64,000 nt of DNA, taken from contig CM120646.1 of the NCBI GenBank assembly GCA_051362555.1, positions 12,772,001 to 12,836,000 on the forward strand, written 5' to 3'. Made by a program: the position numbers and the translations under genes. Origin of the DNA: Lingula anatina (Eukaryota > Animalia > Brachiopoda). The notes under the pieces are model-generated. The model had not been told where the DNA came from. It did no database searches and saw only the letters and a program-made list of their open reading frames with translations. Below, in pieces: positions 51,630 through 63,880 of this stretch (position 1 is its first letter; each line of letters opens with the position of its first letter).

Positions 51630-54600
51630 TTCACTGGAAGGAACATGAAAGTAAAAACTGGACATGATACAATGGTGATTCTTGGCTTGGTGTCTGTGGT
51701 AACATTACTGAACAAAAGACTAGGGTAACATAGTTACGCCTGTAACTTCATTGATTAAGCACTGAGAAAACTTGGTTGAACTTGTAACTAAGATAATTAG
51801 AAAAAGCTGAGAGAAGACATCCGGAGCAATATTTGATACAAGATATCAGTTGTGACTTGAATTTTCAGCAGTTCCAGTGCGCCAAGATGAAACGTTGTGT
51901 TTCCTTGCATTTAGCCTAACTGAGGCCAGCTAGCATCTATTATAGTTATATATCACTCTGTTACATATACATATATGTGAATTTGTAACAGATCTTCAAT
52001 GCTTGGTCCAGCAAAGTGATCGACATTTGTGCCTTGGAGTTGAATGTTGTCAAGTGCCTGATTTTAGAAAGTTAAATTGGTAGTAGGTTTTATGTGGGTG
52101 GAACTCCAAGGTGATTACAGATTTCTTTTATCAAAATGAAATTGTTCTATCTTTCTTGTACATGTTTTTACTAAGTTGGCCAAATGATGTTTGTCGTAAG
52201 CTGCATGAAAGTATAGAAAGACGCCTGTCTTTATCTCAGCTGTTTGAGGAGAGTGGCCATTTTAAATTTTCTTCTGGGAGCAGCCATTTTGAAACATGGC
52301 CCATTTATCTTAGCATATTGGTTGTGTTTTAATATACTGAGATAAAAAAAAGGACTCACTAAATGTAGTATTGAAAAGAAAAGATGGATGTTCCCAACTT
52401 TTAGTGTAATTTTATTAAATCACAATGAAAAGAATTTTAAATAATTACAACTTTTTTTTCACCTTTCTGATTTTGGCGTCCCAATCCATTGGACTGGTTT
52501 CTGTGATATGATTGGTTGGATGCATGGCCTGCAGGGCTTTTCACAGATCTTTTAGATTCTAGTTTGGCCACTTGAAAGTTCTGTTGGTTCCAAAAAGTTT
52601 TCTCAGGGCAGGAAATATGACTTCAAAGTGTTTTTTGTAATCATGATATGCGTTCAGAGTCGTTGTTCTGCTGTTAAATGGGGGTTATAAATACAGTGCC
52701 ATTTTGTGAAAGAATGATAGCATACAAAGCCATGTACAACATTATCATATTTCTTTAACTGTGGATTCTTTTTGACCCAGGCCATAAATTTCAAAGAATG
52801 CTGCTATTTTTGTTAAATATATAAAGGAAGAAAAAAAATAGTGGAGGAGGATAGAATAGATGTTGACTCATTGGAGAGTCAGACTTCACCTGCGAGGTGT
52901 ACCTGGGCTGAGTGGAGAGGCTCCACAACATGAAGCTGGATAAATTATGTTAATGCATTTCAAGGGCACATATGTTTATGTAAGCCAGTTGCCAAGCAGC
53001 AGGTAGAGGATGCAATGGGAGGGAATACTGAGAAGCTGCCCTGGTAGTTGTATTTTGAGTGAAATTAATGACGAGGTTCTACATCTGTAGTTTGTGGCAT
53101 GGCTTAGTTTGAGCTCAGGCAGAATCATATTTTACTACTTTGTACATGTTGTACATAGACATAAAAATTGTTATATGAAAAAAAATTATATATAAGCACA
53201 GTAATCATTTATATTTTACATACTTTAATATTGTAAAAGAATTTATGCTGCACACATCTGATGAAGTCCATTATCTGAACTGCAATGGTGGTGTTATCTG
53301 TACCCCCATTTTTGCTGAAAATGAACTTTCTCAGGATGTGTGCTTTATGTGAATGGTCTATGCCATTTGTCTCAGCCAGAGAGGGAGCAGGAGTAGAGAA
53401 ATGGTACTCGATACAATCAATAACTTTTATCAAACTATCACTACTGGAAAGTCACTGTTTTGTGAATTAAAACATCTTTTCAAATAATTTTCCTGATAAA
53501 GATTTATAAGGACTGTTTTGCTTTAAGGTTAACAGTGTCACTTGCAAAGTCTGTAGTAGTTCAAACAGGAAGAATTAAAAACGTAGTGCAAAGAGGAAGA
53601 AATGGAATATCGCATTTTGTCAAATTATTCATCAGATGTTGACTCATATAAAAACTATGGCAGACATTGCAAGGGGCAAGGTCATTTTATGCCAACTTGT
53701 TTACCCTCTCTCTCCTCTCTTAGCTACTATCGTATTAAAGCACTATTATAACATTAATGTGTGACATATGATTTGGCACATTTTATTATCCGTCTGTTTT
53801 CTGAGAGTTAAAAAAAGGTCTCCTTTGCCTTACATGAGATATTATTTGTAGTTTTGACATAGGGGTCATTCAGAATACATGATCCGAGTACTAACTGATC
53901 TGCTGACTAAATATGGCTGACCACACTTCAAAAGCAATGCTGCTGATCCCTGATGGTCTCCCTGTCTCCACATGCGCCATTTAACATAGTAGTGGTTTAA
54001 TTGCTAGGCCTCTGCCTCTGCTGGGACGGAGCGTGTGGAGGTGGGGAAACCTTCAAGGAATTGGCACTTTTGAAGTGAGGTCGGCCATATTTAGTCAGCA
54101 GATCAGTTAGTACTTGGATCATCAATTCTGAATGGCCCCATTTGCTTTGTCGGTCTGTAAGTTGGCTACTGGTGCTATGTTTGTTTAGTTTAGTTTTTAA
54201 ATGTTTTCCATTTTATTTCTTTCTATTTTATTAACTTAGTTCTGTTCATTCTAGTTTTCCAATTCATTTAGTTTGTTATTCGGACCACATTTTCAATTTT
54301 ATGTTTTATTCTTTGGATCTTAAGTCTGTTTTCAAAAGTGATTGAATGAATTGTGCTTTGGCTTGAAGAAGATGTGAAAGTTTGAAGTCTATTTTTGATG
54401 TCACAGTCAGAAGTTTTGGCATATTTTGACAAAATACTGCAGTTTATTGTGGAAATGGTGGATTAAGTTTTTGCTGAGTCGATATAGTAATAAGATTTGA
54501 AAGTAGAAATTTTTTTATTCATAGAGAGTGACACTGGTTAGATATTTTCCATATTTTGGCCTAATCAACCCAAAGAACAAACAGTTTTGTACATTGTCCA

Positions 54601-55620
54601 GCTATTTTATATTTTAGCCAAAAATGATATTGTATCACCATATAAAGTGTTGAGTATTCCTGTCGTCTGATTATGCGTTGCCACACAGTATCAGATGGTT
54701 GTCGACATTTTTAGTGTTTGTCCAGTCCCAGGATGGCAATAGTGTGATTGAAAACTAGATACTTTACACACACACACACTCACACGCGCACACACACACG
54801 CACACACACACAAGATAGCTCGATGCGTTAGGGCAGTGCTGTCCATCTTTTACAGCAGATGAGCCAGTGTTGGGTAAACACAGACTCAACATCAGTCTAA
54901 CACGAGCTGTCTGGCCCATAATTATCCCCCCTGCCATTCACTGTATTGTGATATGTAGAAACAGCTTGATTTCCACCATTTGTAAAATTTCTACAGTCTT
55001 TATAGTAATCTTTATGACGTCGTGAAGTGGTGTCTTTGGAATTTGTCCTTTTTGGTTTATTTATATGAAAAAAAAGGCAGATATTTAGTCAGTTGTAAGA
55101 GAGGTCATTGGGAAGCTTATTGCATGTCCACTGGCACAGTTTTGTGAGCATGGATGCATTCTTTTGTATTATCAATTTAAGAACTACTTGTAGATATAAG
55201 ATGTAAGCCTTAAGAAGGGGAGGGGTTCAAAAAAGTCCTCCTTGTATCACTCAATTTACTATTATTTAAATAATATGCATCCAGGTTTGAACAACAGTTG
55301 CAACTTATAAGTTACCCCCCCCCCACCCCCCACCCCCCCACCCCCTCCCCTAAACTGACACCTTTCCAACTGGGAGTTGATGTACCACTTTTTGGGAAAT
55401 CTAGAATGAACTGTCTTACTCTGGTTATTGTTTAAATAGTAACAGTAGCCAGTTCAACTGGAATTATCTTACTGTTTATCTTTACAAAAAAGGAAATTAA
55501 GCTTTTTTCTCAGTATTGTACATAAGTCTTCAACAACGTAGTCCTGTAAAACTGCATCCACCAGAAACTGTACGTGGTGTAGGAAAGTAAAAATAAAGGT
55601 TATTCTGAATGAAAAAAAAA
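51630..55620 (+). other. Probable ~4 kb 3' UTR of the Ets1/2 gene
   Basis: AATAAA at 55592-55597 followed by a GT-rich tract (~55625-55640). CpG depletion ends just beyond it. Earlier ATTAAA variants could give shorter forms. Confidence 0.55.
53862..54139. mobile_element. PIF/Harbinger-like MITE with ~73-bp TIRs inside the putative Ets 3' UTR
   Basis: Arms 53862-53934 and 54067-54139 are near-perfect inverted repeats starting GGGGT/CCATTCAGAAT, like the termini of 17060. Confidence 0.85.
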
Positions 55621-55656
55621 ATCATTTGTGTTGTTGTTAAGTTTTTAGAAATGCTC

Positions 55657-55910
55657 TAATGACTTGGCCTTTTCAATGGGCAAAAATTATCAAATTTTCA
55701 GATACATGATTTTATTATTTATCACAAAAATTATATTTCTGCATAGCATTTGTGGTGCTTTTACAGCATTAATAGAACTGTCAAATATCCTGCTTTTTAA
55801 TTTTGATGCTACCGCTCAATAAGACTATTAATTTTAAGAAATTATGACTTCAAAATGCTGTGACCGTCAAATTCACAATTTCCTCCTTTGAAAAGGTCGA
55901 GTAATTACCG
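55657..55910. mobile_element. Tc1/mariner-like MITE, same family as 5399-5984
   Basis: AATGACTTGGCCTTTTCAATGGG ... TTGAAAAGGTCGAGTAATTACCG, with internal similarity to the 35237 copy. Confidence 0.65.
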
Positions 55911-56808
55911 CATCCAGACCCTCTATTTTAAGTTGAACACTTTACATAATATTTTTCTTTTTTGTATAAATCTGATTTTTCGATCAACATCGTAAGTATG
56001 AACCCCTAGCCATCTCTTACACTTTACGCGATCATTTCAGTTATTAACGCGATCATTTCAGTTGTTTGTATATTAGTTTAATATCACTGTTACTTATTTG
56101 CGACCAGTCCCGTTATCAAGATGAGGGATTTTTAAAGTGATCAATGTAATATAGATAGATGGATACAGGCGAAAAGACGACACGTATGTTGGTATGTCGC
56201 CAAATGGGGTATATTCCAAACCTGTTCAAAATAGTCATTACCAATTTTCTCACATAATCCTTGATTCTTCGTGTCCAAAATTTCCAAGCTCCAATAACAC
56301 CCTCCTTGGTTTACTTCGGCTGAGTGCGCTGTGCGTTGTCATTTCGTTGTGTTGTAGACAGAATTTTTATGATAGCATTGTGGTAGCGAAGACAAAGTGT
56401 TAACCGACTTCACACCCACAATTTTAGCGCATTATAAAGTAACGACAGGCCCGCTGCAAAAAAGTTGGCGATTTTCGGGGCGGACGTGAGAAATCTTCTG
56501 GTACAATGGGCCTTAGTGAGACAATTTTAAGTCATTTACTTTTGAGGTTTACCTGTTCAAATGACCAATGCAAGGTAAAAAACTTGTGAGTGTTTGTAAT
56601 GCCTGGTTTCGCGCACCTATTTTCACGATGTCCATGGTTTAAATAACGAAAAAAAAAAAAAAAAAACGTCATCAAACAACCATTTCGGGTAACTGAAGCA
56701 AGCCTATACAGAGTACTAGTGAAGCTTAAGATCTTAGGTAAGTTACACGCCCTCCGCACAAACGCATGCAGACTGCGCCGCTCTTTCAATTTCAGGCAGA
56801 TAGTGAAG

Positions 56809-57031
56809 TTATTACCTCCCTGTTTGTCTGTTTGTCCGTCTGTCATCAACATAACTAAAAAAAGTTATGGAGCGATTTTGATGAAATTTTCAGGAACTAT
56901 CAGAAGTGGGCCAAGGAACAGATGATTAGTTTTTGGTGGTGATCCGGATCAATAATCAATCAATAATCAATAATAATAATAAAAATTGCTGCCTTGGCGG
57001 AGGTCTGCGCTCTCAGAGTGTTTTTCTAGTT
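56809..57031 (+). mobile_element. Short HINE/Helentron-type element
   Basis: TTATTACCTCC, then a GTTT/GTCT microsatellite, ending CCTTGGCGGAGGT (subterminal IR), hairpin GCGCTCTCAGAGTGT and CTAGTT. Confidence 0.72.
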
Positions 57032-57690
57032 ATATTTTTGTATCAAAATTTGACATGGTTCCCGAGAGATTGTTTTTATTTATTTCTGTGAAAATAAAAA
57101 GCCTTGAAGATATTATATCATGGTCGATTAAATATGATCAACTTCTAGATATGATGAAAATGTCAAACTGCAAAAACAAACAAATACTCGACTTCTGAGA
57201 TTACGCATAATGGTGAGACGTACTAATCTCTCACCAGACGAAGCTTAGGCTGAATAATCGGATCACCGATTACACAAAGGCGACTTTGTGGCATTGGTCT
57301 ATAAGCTTTTTGGATGGATTGGCTGTCAATGCCTGCGACTGACCTCATCGTACCCAAATAGACCACTGACAATTGGGGTATAAATATCCGCCAAGACATT
57401 CACAATATGCTAAATGGTAGTAATTGTGTTTATTGAACACTAAATGTATGTATTTCAATCAGTTGCTTAAAGACCAAAAAAAAAAAAGAGAAGTGTTTTA
57501 TGGATGCATTGTCCAATGCATTTTAGTCGGCTTTCCTTTCCTTTTGAATGTGTGTGCGCGTGAAACTGGCCTGTTGCTATGTACATATAAACAAGGTGAA
57601 GCTGATAAATGGCATTAAGAGAAAATGCTGAAGATGCAAATATGTGTTTCAAATAGTATTTTGCATAAGAAAACCCAGCTAAGCCATTTT

Positions 57691-57693
<3 letters not shown>

Positions 57694-57728
<35 letters not shown>

Positions 57729-57729
57729 G
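57694..57729. repeat. (TG)n microsatellite
   Basis: Direct reading. A (CA)/(CG) mixed tract also lies at ~54766-54811. Confidence 0.95.
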
Positions 57730-57981
57730 GTCATGTGATCAGATGAGAATTAACGAACCAAAATCAAGCATTCCAAGGAATTTGCTTCTGTCATACATCA
57801 ATATTTTTCACCTAATCAAAATTTACATTACATCCACCTCAATTTTTATCATGTCAGAATAAATGCATTATGTTTATGGACTGTACCATTTGAAGTGCCT
57901 TGGAAAAACTATTCAAATGGCAAACAAACAAAATTTTAATTGGGTCTCATGTAACAAGGTATTGTAAGCCAGTACTAGTAA

Positions 57982-58196
57982 GGCTCTATTCCCATAGATT
58001 TTAGATCGATCTATCCCCGCGGGGAGTCTCACTAGATTACTTTCAGATAATCCGACTTAAATGTCCGTCCCGCCTACTACAAGCTGTAAGGGGATAATTA
58101 ACTTTCGTGTCCGCCCGGCTGACAGCTATTTAGTGTGAACCCCCAGGGAGTTAGGTCGATCTAAAGTAGGTCGATCTAATCTATGGAAATGGGGTG
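57982..58196 (+). mobile_element. PIF/Harbinger-like MITE family A
   Basis: TAA TSD. Near-identical to 27072-27286. Confidence 0.88.
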
Positions 58197-58797
58197 TAAG
58201 ACTGAAGATCTAGAAGTGATTTTTTTTCTGCACCAGACATTAAGAATTGTCTTTTGCAGCGTTTCCAAAGCCCAAACAACAAAAGTTCAACAAAATATTA
58301 TATTTTTATTCCCCTTTGGCAGAACTTCCACAAACCTTTTGTTTGGTGTAATCAAACCCCCTTTCTACTAAATATATACATGAACATAGATATGCATATA
58401 GTCATGTACAAACACACAAGAAAACACAGACTGCATTGTGCCTTTCCCTGACAAAAATATGGGAAAATATCACAGCTAAGATGAGTCCTGTTCCCTCACA
58501 TATATTACACACCAGTATACTAGTATTATGGCATGTTTCACAGTGACACCAAGTGTGTGTTTATCATTATAGTCCTTTCTGTGGTGAAAATAAATATTTA
58601 TACAGTATTTAAATAATTATATATATATATCTGCTGCACGCAATACCACTGAGAAAGACAAATTTCTTTTTTTAACCTAAAAGAATATAATGAATCCAGA
58701 ACCAGTTGCACAAACTTCATATTTTCAATCTCCAAAATGTCTTGCTTATCACCTGAAATATTACTTAGTCTGCAGTCAAAAAATGTACCCATACCAG

Positions 58798-61020
58798 AAC
58801 AAGGCAGCAAAGCTGTCAAATGTACAGACAAAAAGCAGGAAATAACAAAATAGGCTACTGTCAATTCTGATGTAAAAGTACATTATGTTAAACTGAAAAT
58901 TCAACATCAAATTTTAATTATGCTCAACAGGTAATACCAATGTAAGTAAAATGTGTAACAAGCATAAGGCTTCAGGCCCATGGGAGTTCAAGTTCACACT
59001 TTGAAAATGTAAAACTTCCAAAAAAAAAAAGTCAATTAGACTGCTTTTCCAACTCGAGCTGCATTTTAGTCCTGTGTTTCTTTTTTAAAAGTTTGACAAT
59101 CATAAGTAATATGGTTTTCCCATGATGGTCATCATGGCAGCAATACCCAATATTGTGTTTTATTCTATTTTGATGCAATATTTCATAATGCTTAACAGCA
59201 TAAAGAACATCAGTTTTTAATAATAAAATATACGTATCGTGGATTTTCAGAAAATGTGACTAGCATGGGTCTTCAAGCCCATGGAACTTCAAAGTCACAC
59301 CTTGAAAATGCCAATATGTGAAAAATTAAATTTTCACAAAAAAAAAACTGTTTAACTAGCAGAAAGAATTACCAAACAGACTGCATTGCCTACCGAAGCT
59401 GTATCTTAGTCCCATGTTTCTTTCCTGTAAGTTTGAGAACAGTAAGTGACATGATTTTTCTTAAATGGTCATCATGGGAGCAGTGCCCAAAATATTTTTT
59501 TCCAAATTTTGATGCAATATTACATAACGTTTAACAGCATAATGACCATCAATTTTTAATAATAAAATATTAGTATTATGGATATTCAGAAAATGTGACT
59601 AGCAAAGGTCTTCAGGCCCATGGAACTTCAAAGTCACAACTTGAAAATGCCAAAATGTAAACAAGACAGCACTGTTCTGAAATGGTTTTTTTTTCCATTT
59701 TTAACACATTTTTAACATAAAACAAAATTAACAGTTTACTGCCATTTTTATATGATCAACTAAGAAAATTGATGAGATGTGAAAAATATCAATAAAACGG
59801 TGTCAAATGTCCAATTTCCTCCATTCTGAGTTTCTGAACATAGTGAATGATTGAATCTTACAAACTGCAATGATAAGAGTTTATTTCCATTTTTGAAACT
59901 TTATTACACAATACACGATAACAAGTTTACCATCATTTTTACGTAATCAACTAACAATGTTGTAAAGATGCAGGAAATGTCAAACAAACACTTTTACGTA
60001 TCTTATTAATTAAATAATGAAACTGTTAACATGCCTAAAAATTGAATCTGAGGAAATGTGAAACAAGACAGCACTATTCTGAAATGGGTTTATTTCCATT
60101 TTTAACACTTTTTTAACATAAAACAAAATTAACAGTTTACTGCCATTTTTATATGATCAACTAAGAAAATTGATGAGATGTGAAAAATATCAATAGAACA
60201 GTGTCAAATGTCCAATTTCCTCCATTCTGAGTTTCTGAACATAGTGAATGATTGAATCTTACAAACTGCAATGATATGAGTTTATTTCCATTTTTGACAC
60301 CTTATTACACAATACACGATTAAAAGTTTACCATCATTTTTACGTTATCAACTAACAATGTTGTAAAGATACAGGAAATGTCAAACAAACACTTTTACGT
60401 ATCTTATTAATTAAATAATGAGACTGTTAACATGCCTAAGAATTGAATCTGAGGAAATGTGAAAAAACAGCATAACTTATAAAATAATGGTCCGATTATG
60501 CTGATTTTCGAACTTGACCTGCGTTTTAGTAAGATTGATTACTCCTGTGAGTTTCATGACAACAGGCCTATGGGTTTTCCTTGAAATGTGTTAACAGTGT
60601 TGCATATATGCTGAAAAGTGAAAAAACAGCATAACTACTAAAATAGTGGCCCGATCATGCCGATTTTCGAACTTGATCTGCGTTTTAGTAAGATTGATTA
60701 CTCCTGTGAGTTTTATGACAACAGGCCTATCAGTTTTCCTTGAAATGTGTTAACAGTGTTGTATATATGCTGAGAAGTGAAAAAACAGCATAAATTCTAC
60801 AATAATGGCCCGATCATGCTGATTTTCGAACTTGACCTGTGTTTTATGAATATTCATCAGCTCTGTAAATATAAAGCCAAAAAGTAAAACTGTCTTCCAC
60901 TTATGGTGTTAACGCTGAAAGTGCACGGCGACGGCGACGGCGACATGATCGGCGACGGCGACGACAGACGCAGGTGATGGCAATATGTACAGACACATCT
61001 GTGTCTGTACATAATAAAAA
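58798..61020 (-). mobile_element. Non-autonomous Helentron/HINE-like element (~2.2 kb) with internal tandem repeat arrays
   Basis: On the - strand: T-run, perfect hairpin 60984-61013, (GTCGCC)n microsatellite, repeat arrays, subterminal repeat ATGTACAGAC (58820-58829), small hairpin and a CTTGTT end. Confidence 0.8.
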
Positions 61021-61286
61021 ACTGTATCATATGAAAATACAGTAGCATTAGTAAGCATTTGTTGATGAGAGTGCCAGCTCCTGCTGAATATTATTTAATA
61101 TCAGCCTCCATTAGAAAAATACTATGTCCCACAGTGGGCATGAAAAATGCTACACGACATCAGCACCCTTGATATTTTACAACACTTCCCATACATTGAT
61201 GTTGAGTGGTGCCGGATTGTCTTGGCATATTAACCGCCACCTTTATTACTTCTGTGTGATATTGTCTTGTTGTACTGGACTGCCAC

Positions 61287-61381
61287 CTATACAACTTCCA
61301 TGTTGAGATCAGCAAACCCTTCCAACTCCTCCGTCGTCTGATAGAATACTGCATGAGCCATAATGAGGAAAAATGAAGCAC
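61287..61381 (-). CDS. RABAC1: RABAC1 last coding exon GASFFLIMAHAVFYQTTEELEGFADLNMEVV*
   Basis: tttcAG acceptor, in frame with the previous exon, acidic tail ending in V as in PRA1, TAG stop. Confidence 0.92.
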
Positions 61382-61549
61382 CTGAAATTTGATTTATAAA
61401 CTATTAAAATCTAAAAAAATTAATTTACTACTTCAGCTCATTGTTTATTTCTCCAATCTGTAAGTTATGACTTCCACTTATCTTGATGGATCCTAGAGTA
61501 CAATAATATTTATGATCATGCTACAAAAGGTTAAACAACTGTGGGTAAG

Positions 61550-61825
61550 CAGGGGCAGATCCAGGATTATTTGAAGGATGGGTCCGGAATGACAGGTCCC
61601 AGATACGAGGTCAACCATCGCCCCCTTGGCGTGAGATTCGGGGCCTGCTAAAGAGCCACGAAAAATTTTTGGTGTTTTGGAGGGCAAACGGTCCTTTTGG
61701 TACGGTTTAGAACTATGATTCAGCTAGTCAAATTTCTAATTTCAAGAGGGGAATATTGGTGTGATATATTTTTCAGAAACCGAGGGGGGGTTAGGACCCC
61801 CCCCCCCCCTCTAAATCCACCACTG
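61550..61825. mobile_element. hAT-like MITE in a RABAC1 intron
   Basis: CAGGGGCAGATCCAG ... CTAAATCCACCACTG imperfect TIRs with a G-run/C-run subterminal hairpin. No clear TSD. Confidence 0.6.
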
Positions 61826-61990
61826 TGTAATAATATTCAAGATTCCATATTAAACAGTGTGTGGGCAGAATGATACACATGTACCATTAAAGTGTATAGA
61901 TGTTTACTCAGGATTATCTAAAAAATTATAAATATTATCCAGTAGCATAAAAAACTCCTAATTCATTCTTGATCATTCTTCATCACTAGC

Positions 61991-62114
61991 TACACGTACC
62001 ACACAAAATATTAATCTTTTAAGATGTGGTTGAAGTAATAAATACATGGTCTTAAAAAGATTATAGATTACACTACCACATCTTAAAAGATTAATATTTT
62101 GTGTGGTACGTGTA
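61991..62114. repeat. Perfect 40-bp inverted repeat (TA-flanked foldback MITE)
   Basis: 61991-62030 is the exact reverse complement of 62075-62114, with a 44-bp spacer. Confidence 0.9.
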
Positions 62115-62159
62115 TCAAAATTGTCATCAAAATTGTGCGTTGAGAAAAACAAAACTTAC

Positions 62160-62261
62160 CAATAACCCAGAAGACTGCAGATCCTGCTCCAGCCAGCCAG
62201 AACAGAGGGAATGATATCACGCCAACAGCTCCATACTGCTGAGCCAGGCTGATTTCATGGC
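62160..62261 (-). CDS. RABAC1: RABAC1 exon GHEISLAQQYGAVGVISFPLFWLAGAGSAVFWVI
   Basis: ccccAG acceptor, G|GTAAGT donor, 102 nt. SFPLFWLAGAGSAVFWV is a conserved PRA1 motif. Confidence 0.95.
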
Positions 62262-63424
62262 CTGGGGACAGAATATAAATAGAATAACCATATAAATATA
62301 TAACATACTGAATGATATAAAGTACATAAAACAACCTTTCTTCTGCCTGGGTTCAGTTATTCAATTCAGCATTTATATTTACTTACTACTTGTTCATAAC
62401 TCTCAATTTTGTTGGTATTTCTATTAAGATACATCTATTGATGGCCATTTTTATTATTATTAATTATAGCTGAATAGAGACTGATTTCTCAAAGCAAGCT
62501 ATTGGTATCAGTTGGTAAGTTAATGCATAAAAATTTCAATCTTTTGTGAAAATTTTAGACAAAAATCCACTGCTGAAATAAGTATTACTGTACAGTTATA
62601 TATTTGTCATGATTGTTTCAAGACAGAAAATGCAGACTCGTTTTGCCTAAATAACCAGTCAGCCAGACCAAGCTTTTGAAACCAATGATAAATATTTAAC
62701 CAAAAACTCTCACAAATATGCAGGTAGCACTTTCTATATACATAATATGAATTCTCAAGAGTTAAAAATAATGATCATTTTACATCCGCTGCCTTGTAGA
62801 CTTCCAAGTCTACTAATTACATTTCAGCTTAGCATTGTATCAATTTAACAGCAAAGTCCTGGATCTGTTTAATAAATAATGCTTATATAACAAGTATCTG
62901 CTTTTTTGTAAGTACTTAACAATATTAAAGTGGACTATGAAAATAACTTGACAAACACTCAGCGAACATCTGTTGTCAAAAGATCACTTCACACATGAAT
63001 TTTTTAAAGCCTAAAGACAACTCTGACAATATGTAATGAGTGGTAAGCAAGTGTGACATCAGCTTTTGTATTAAAAGCATAGCAGACTGAAAACTGATAG
63101 CAGAACATATTGGCCCCTGGAAAACCACAATGCTTGTGGACAGATCCACAAAAACCAGTCACTGAAGGTCAAGGTTATTCTAAATAATGGGGCATGAAGT
63201 TCAAAATTTGTTCTTGTGGATACTGAAACTGAATTTCAGGATGCCACAGTGATAGAATAAGTCACACTGCCCCTCCTTAAACCTACCTGTAAATCTGAAA
63301 ATGACTCATATTTATAGAATATCTTTGTAGAGGAAAGTCATTAGCTAGACTTCCTAATGAAAGGGCTCTTCCTGTCAGCTAGATATTTAATTTTTTTTTC
63401 ACTCTGGCTGATAAAAAAACTTAC

Positions 63425-63522
63425 CTAGAAGCGATAATTTACTTTCTTTATTCTTTAAATTGATGATGTAGCATGCTCCTAAACAGACAGCTAAGGCAAC
63501 TATTAACAGTGGAGATGTCAAC
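63425..63522 (-). CDS. RABAC1: RABAC1 exon VLTSPLLIVALAVCLGACYIINLKNKESKLSLL
   Basis: ttcttAG acceptor, G|GTAAGT donor, 98 nt. Phases 2 and 1 fit both neighbours. Confidence 0.92.
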
Positions 63523-63670
63523 CTAAGAAAAACAATATAGTACATTTTAATCCAAAACTTGGATTGATGAAGGCTTTTTAAAGATGCACAAACTAAACAA
63601 AACAATTCAGCACATTCATTGTAAATCATGAAATCATGTGACAAAAAATCACGACAAGAAACAGACTTAC

Positions 63671-63880
63671 ACACAAAAAATAATAAGACCCAGGAATACA
63701 AATAAATAATTGCTCTGAAAATGTTCCACATTTCGCACAACCCTCTTCCCCACTGGAGCCACGGACTTGGGAGCTTTGAACCGTGCTGTGTTCAGAAATT
63801 CTGTCCACGGTTTGACTGTTTCACGGCGGTGTTGAAGCCATTCTCTGGCAGATACATTAGACAGCTGAATTGCCATGAGT
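63671..63880 (-). CDS. RABAC1: PRA1/prenylated Rab acceptor 1 exon (LMAIQLSNVSAREWL...VRNVEHFQSNYLFVFLGLIIFC); upstream exon probably lies beyond the window
   Basis: tttacAG acceptor and GT|GTAAGT donor on the - strand. PRA1 signature PW.EF...RVVRNVEHFQSNY. Confidence 0.93.

Noticed and set aside
55315-55350. C-run tract (G-quadruplex on the - strand) and poly-G at ~1678-1696
   Set aside because: Such homopolymer runs are frequent in this window and nothing specific suggests function.
58930-60850. Regularly spaced repeats considered as a CRISPR-like array
   Set aside because: Eukaryotic context, whole units repeat with no unique spacers, and a Helentron-type element explains them.
6424-63310. 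About a dozen AP-1 (TGACTCA) sites and scattered CAGGAAGT Ets sites
   Set aside because: The count is close to chance expectation for 64 kb of this composition.
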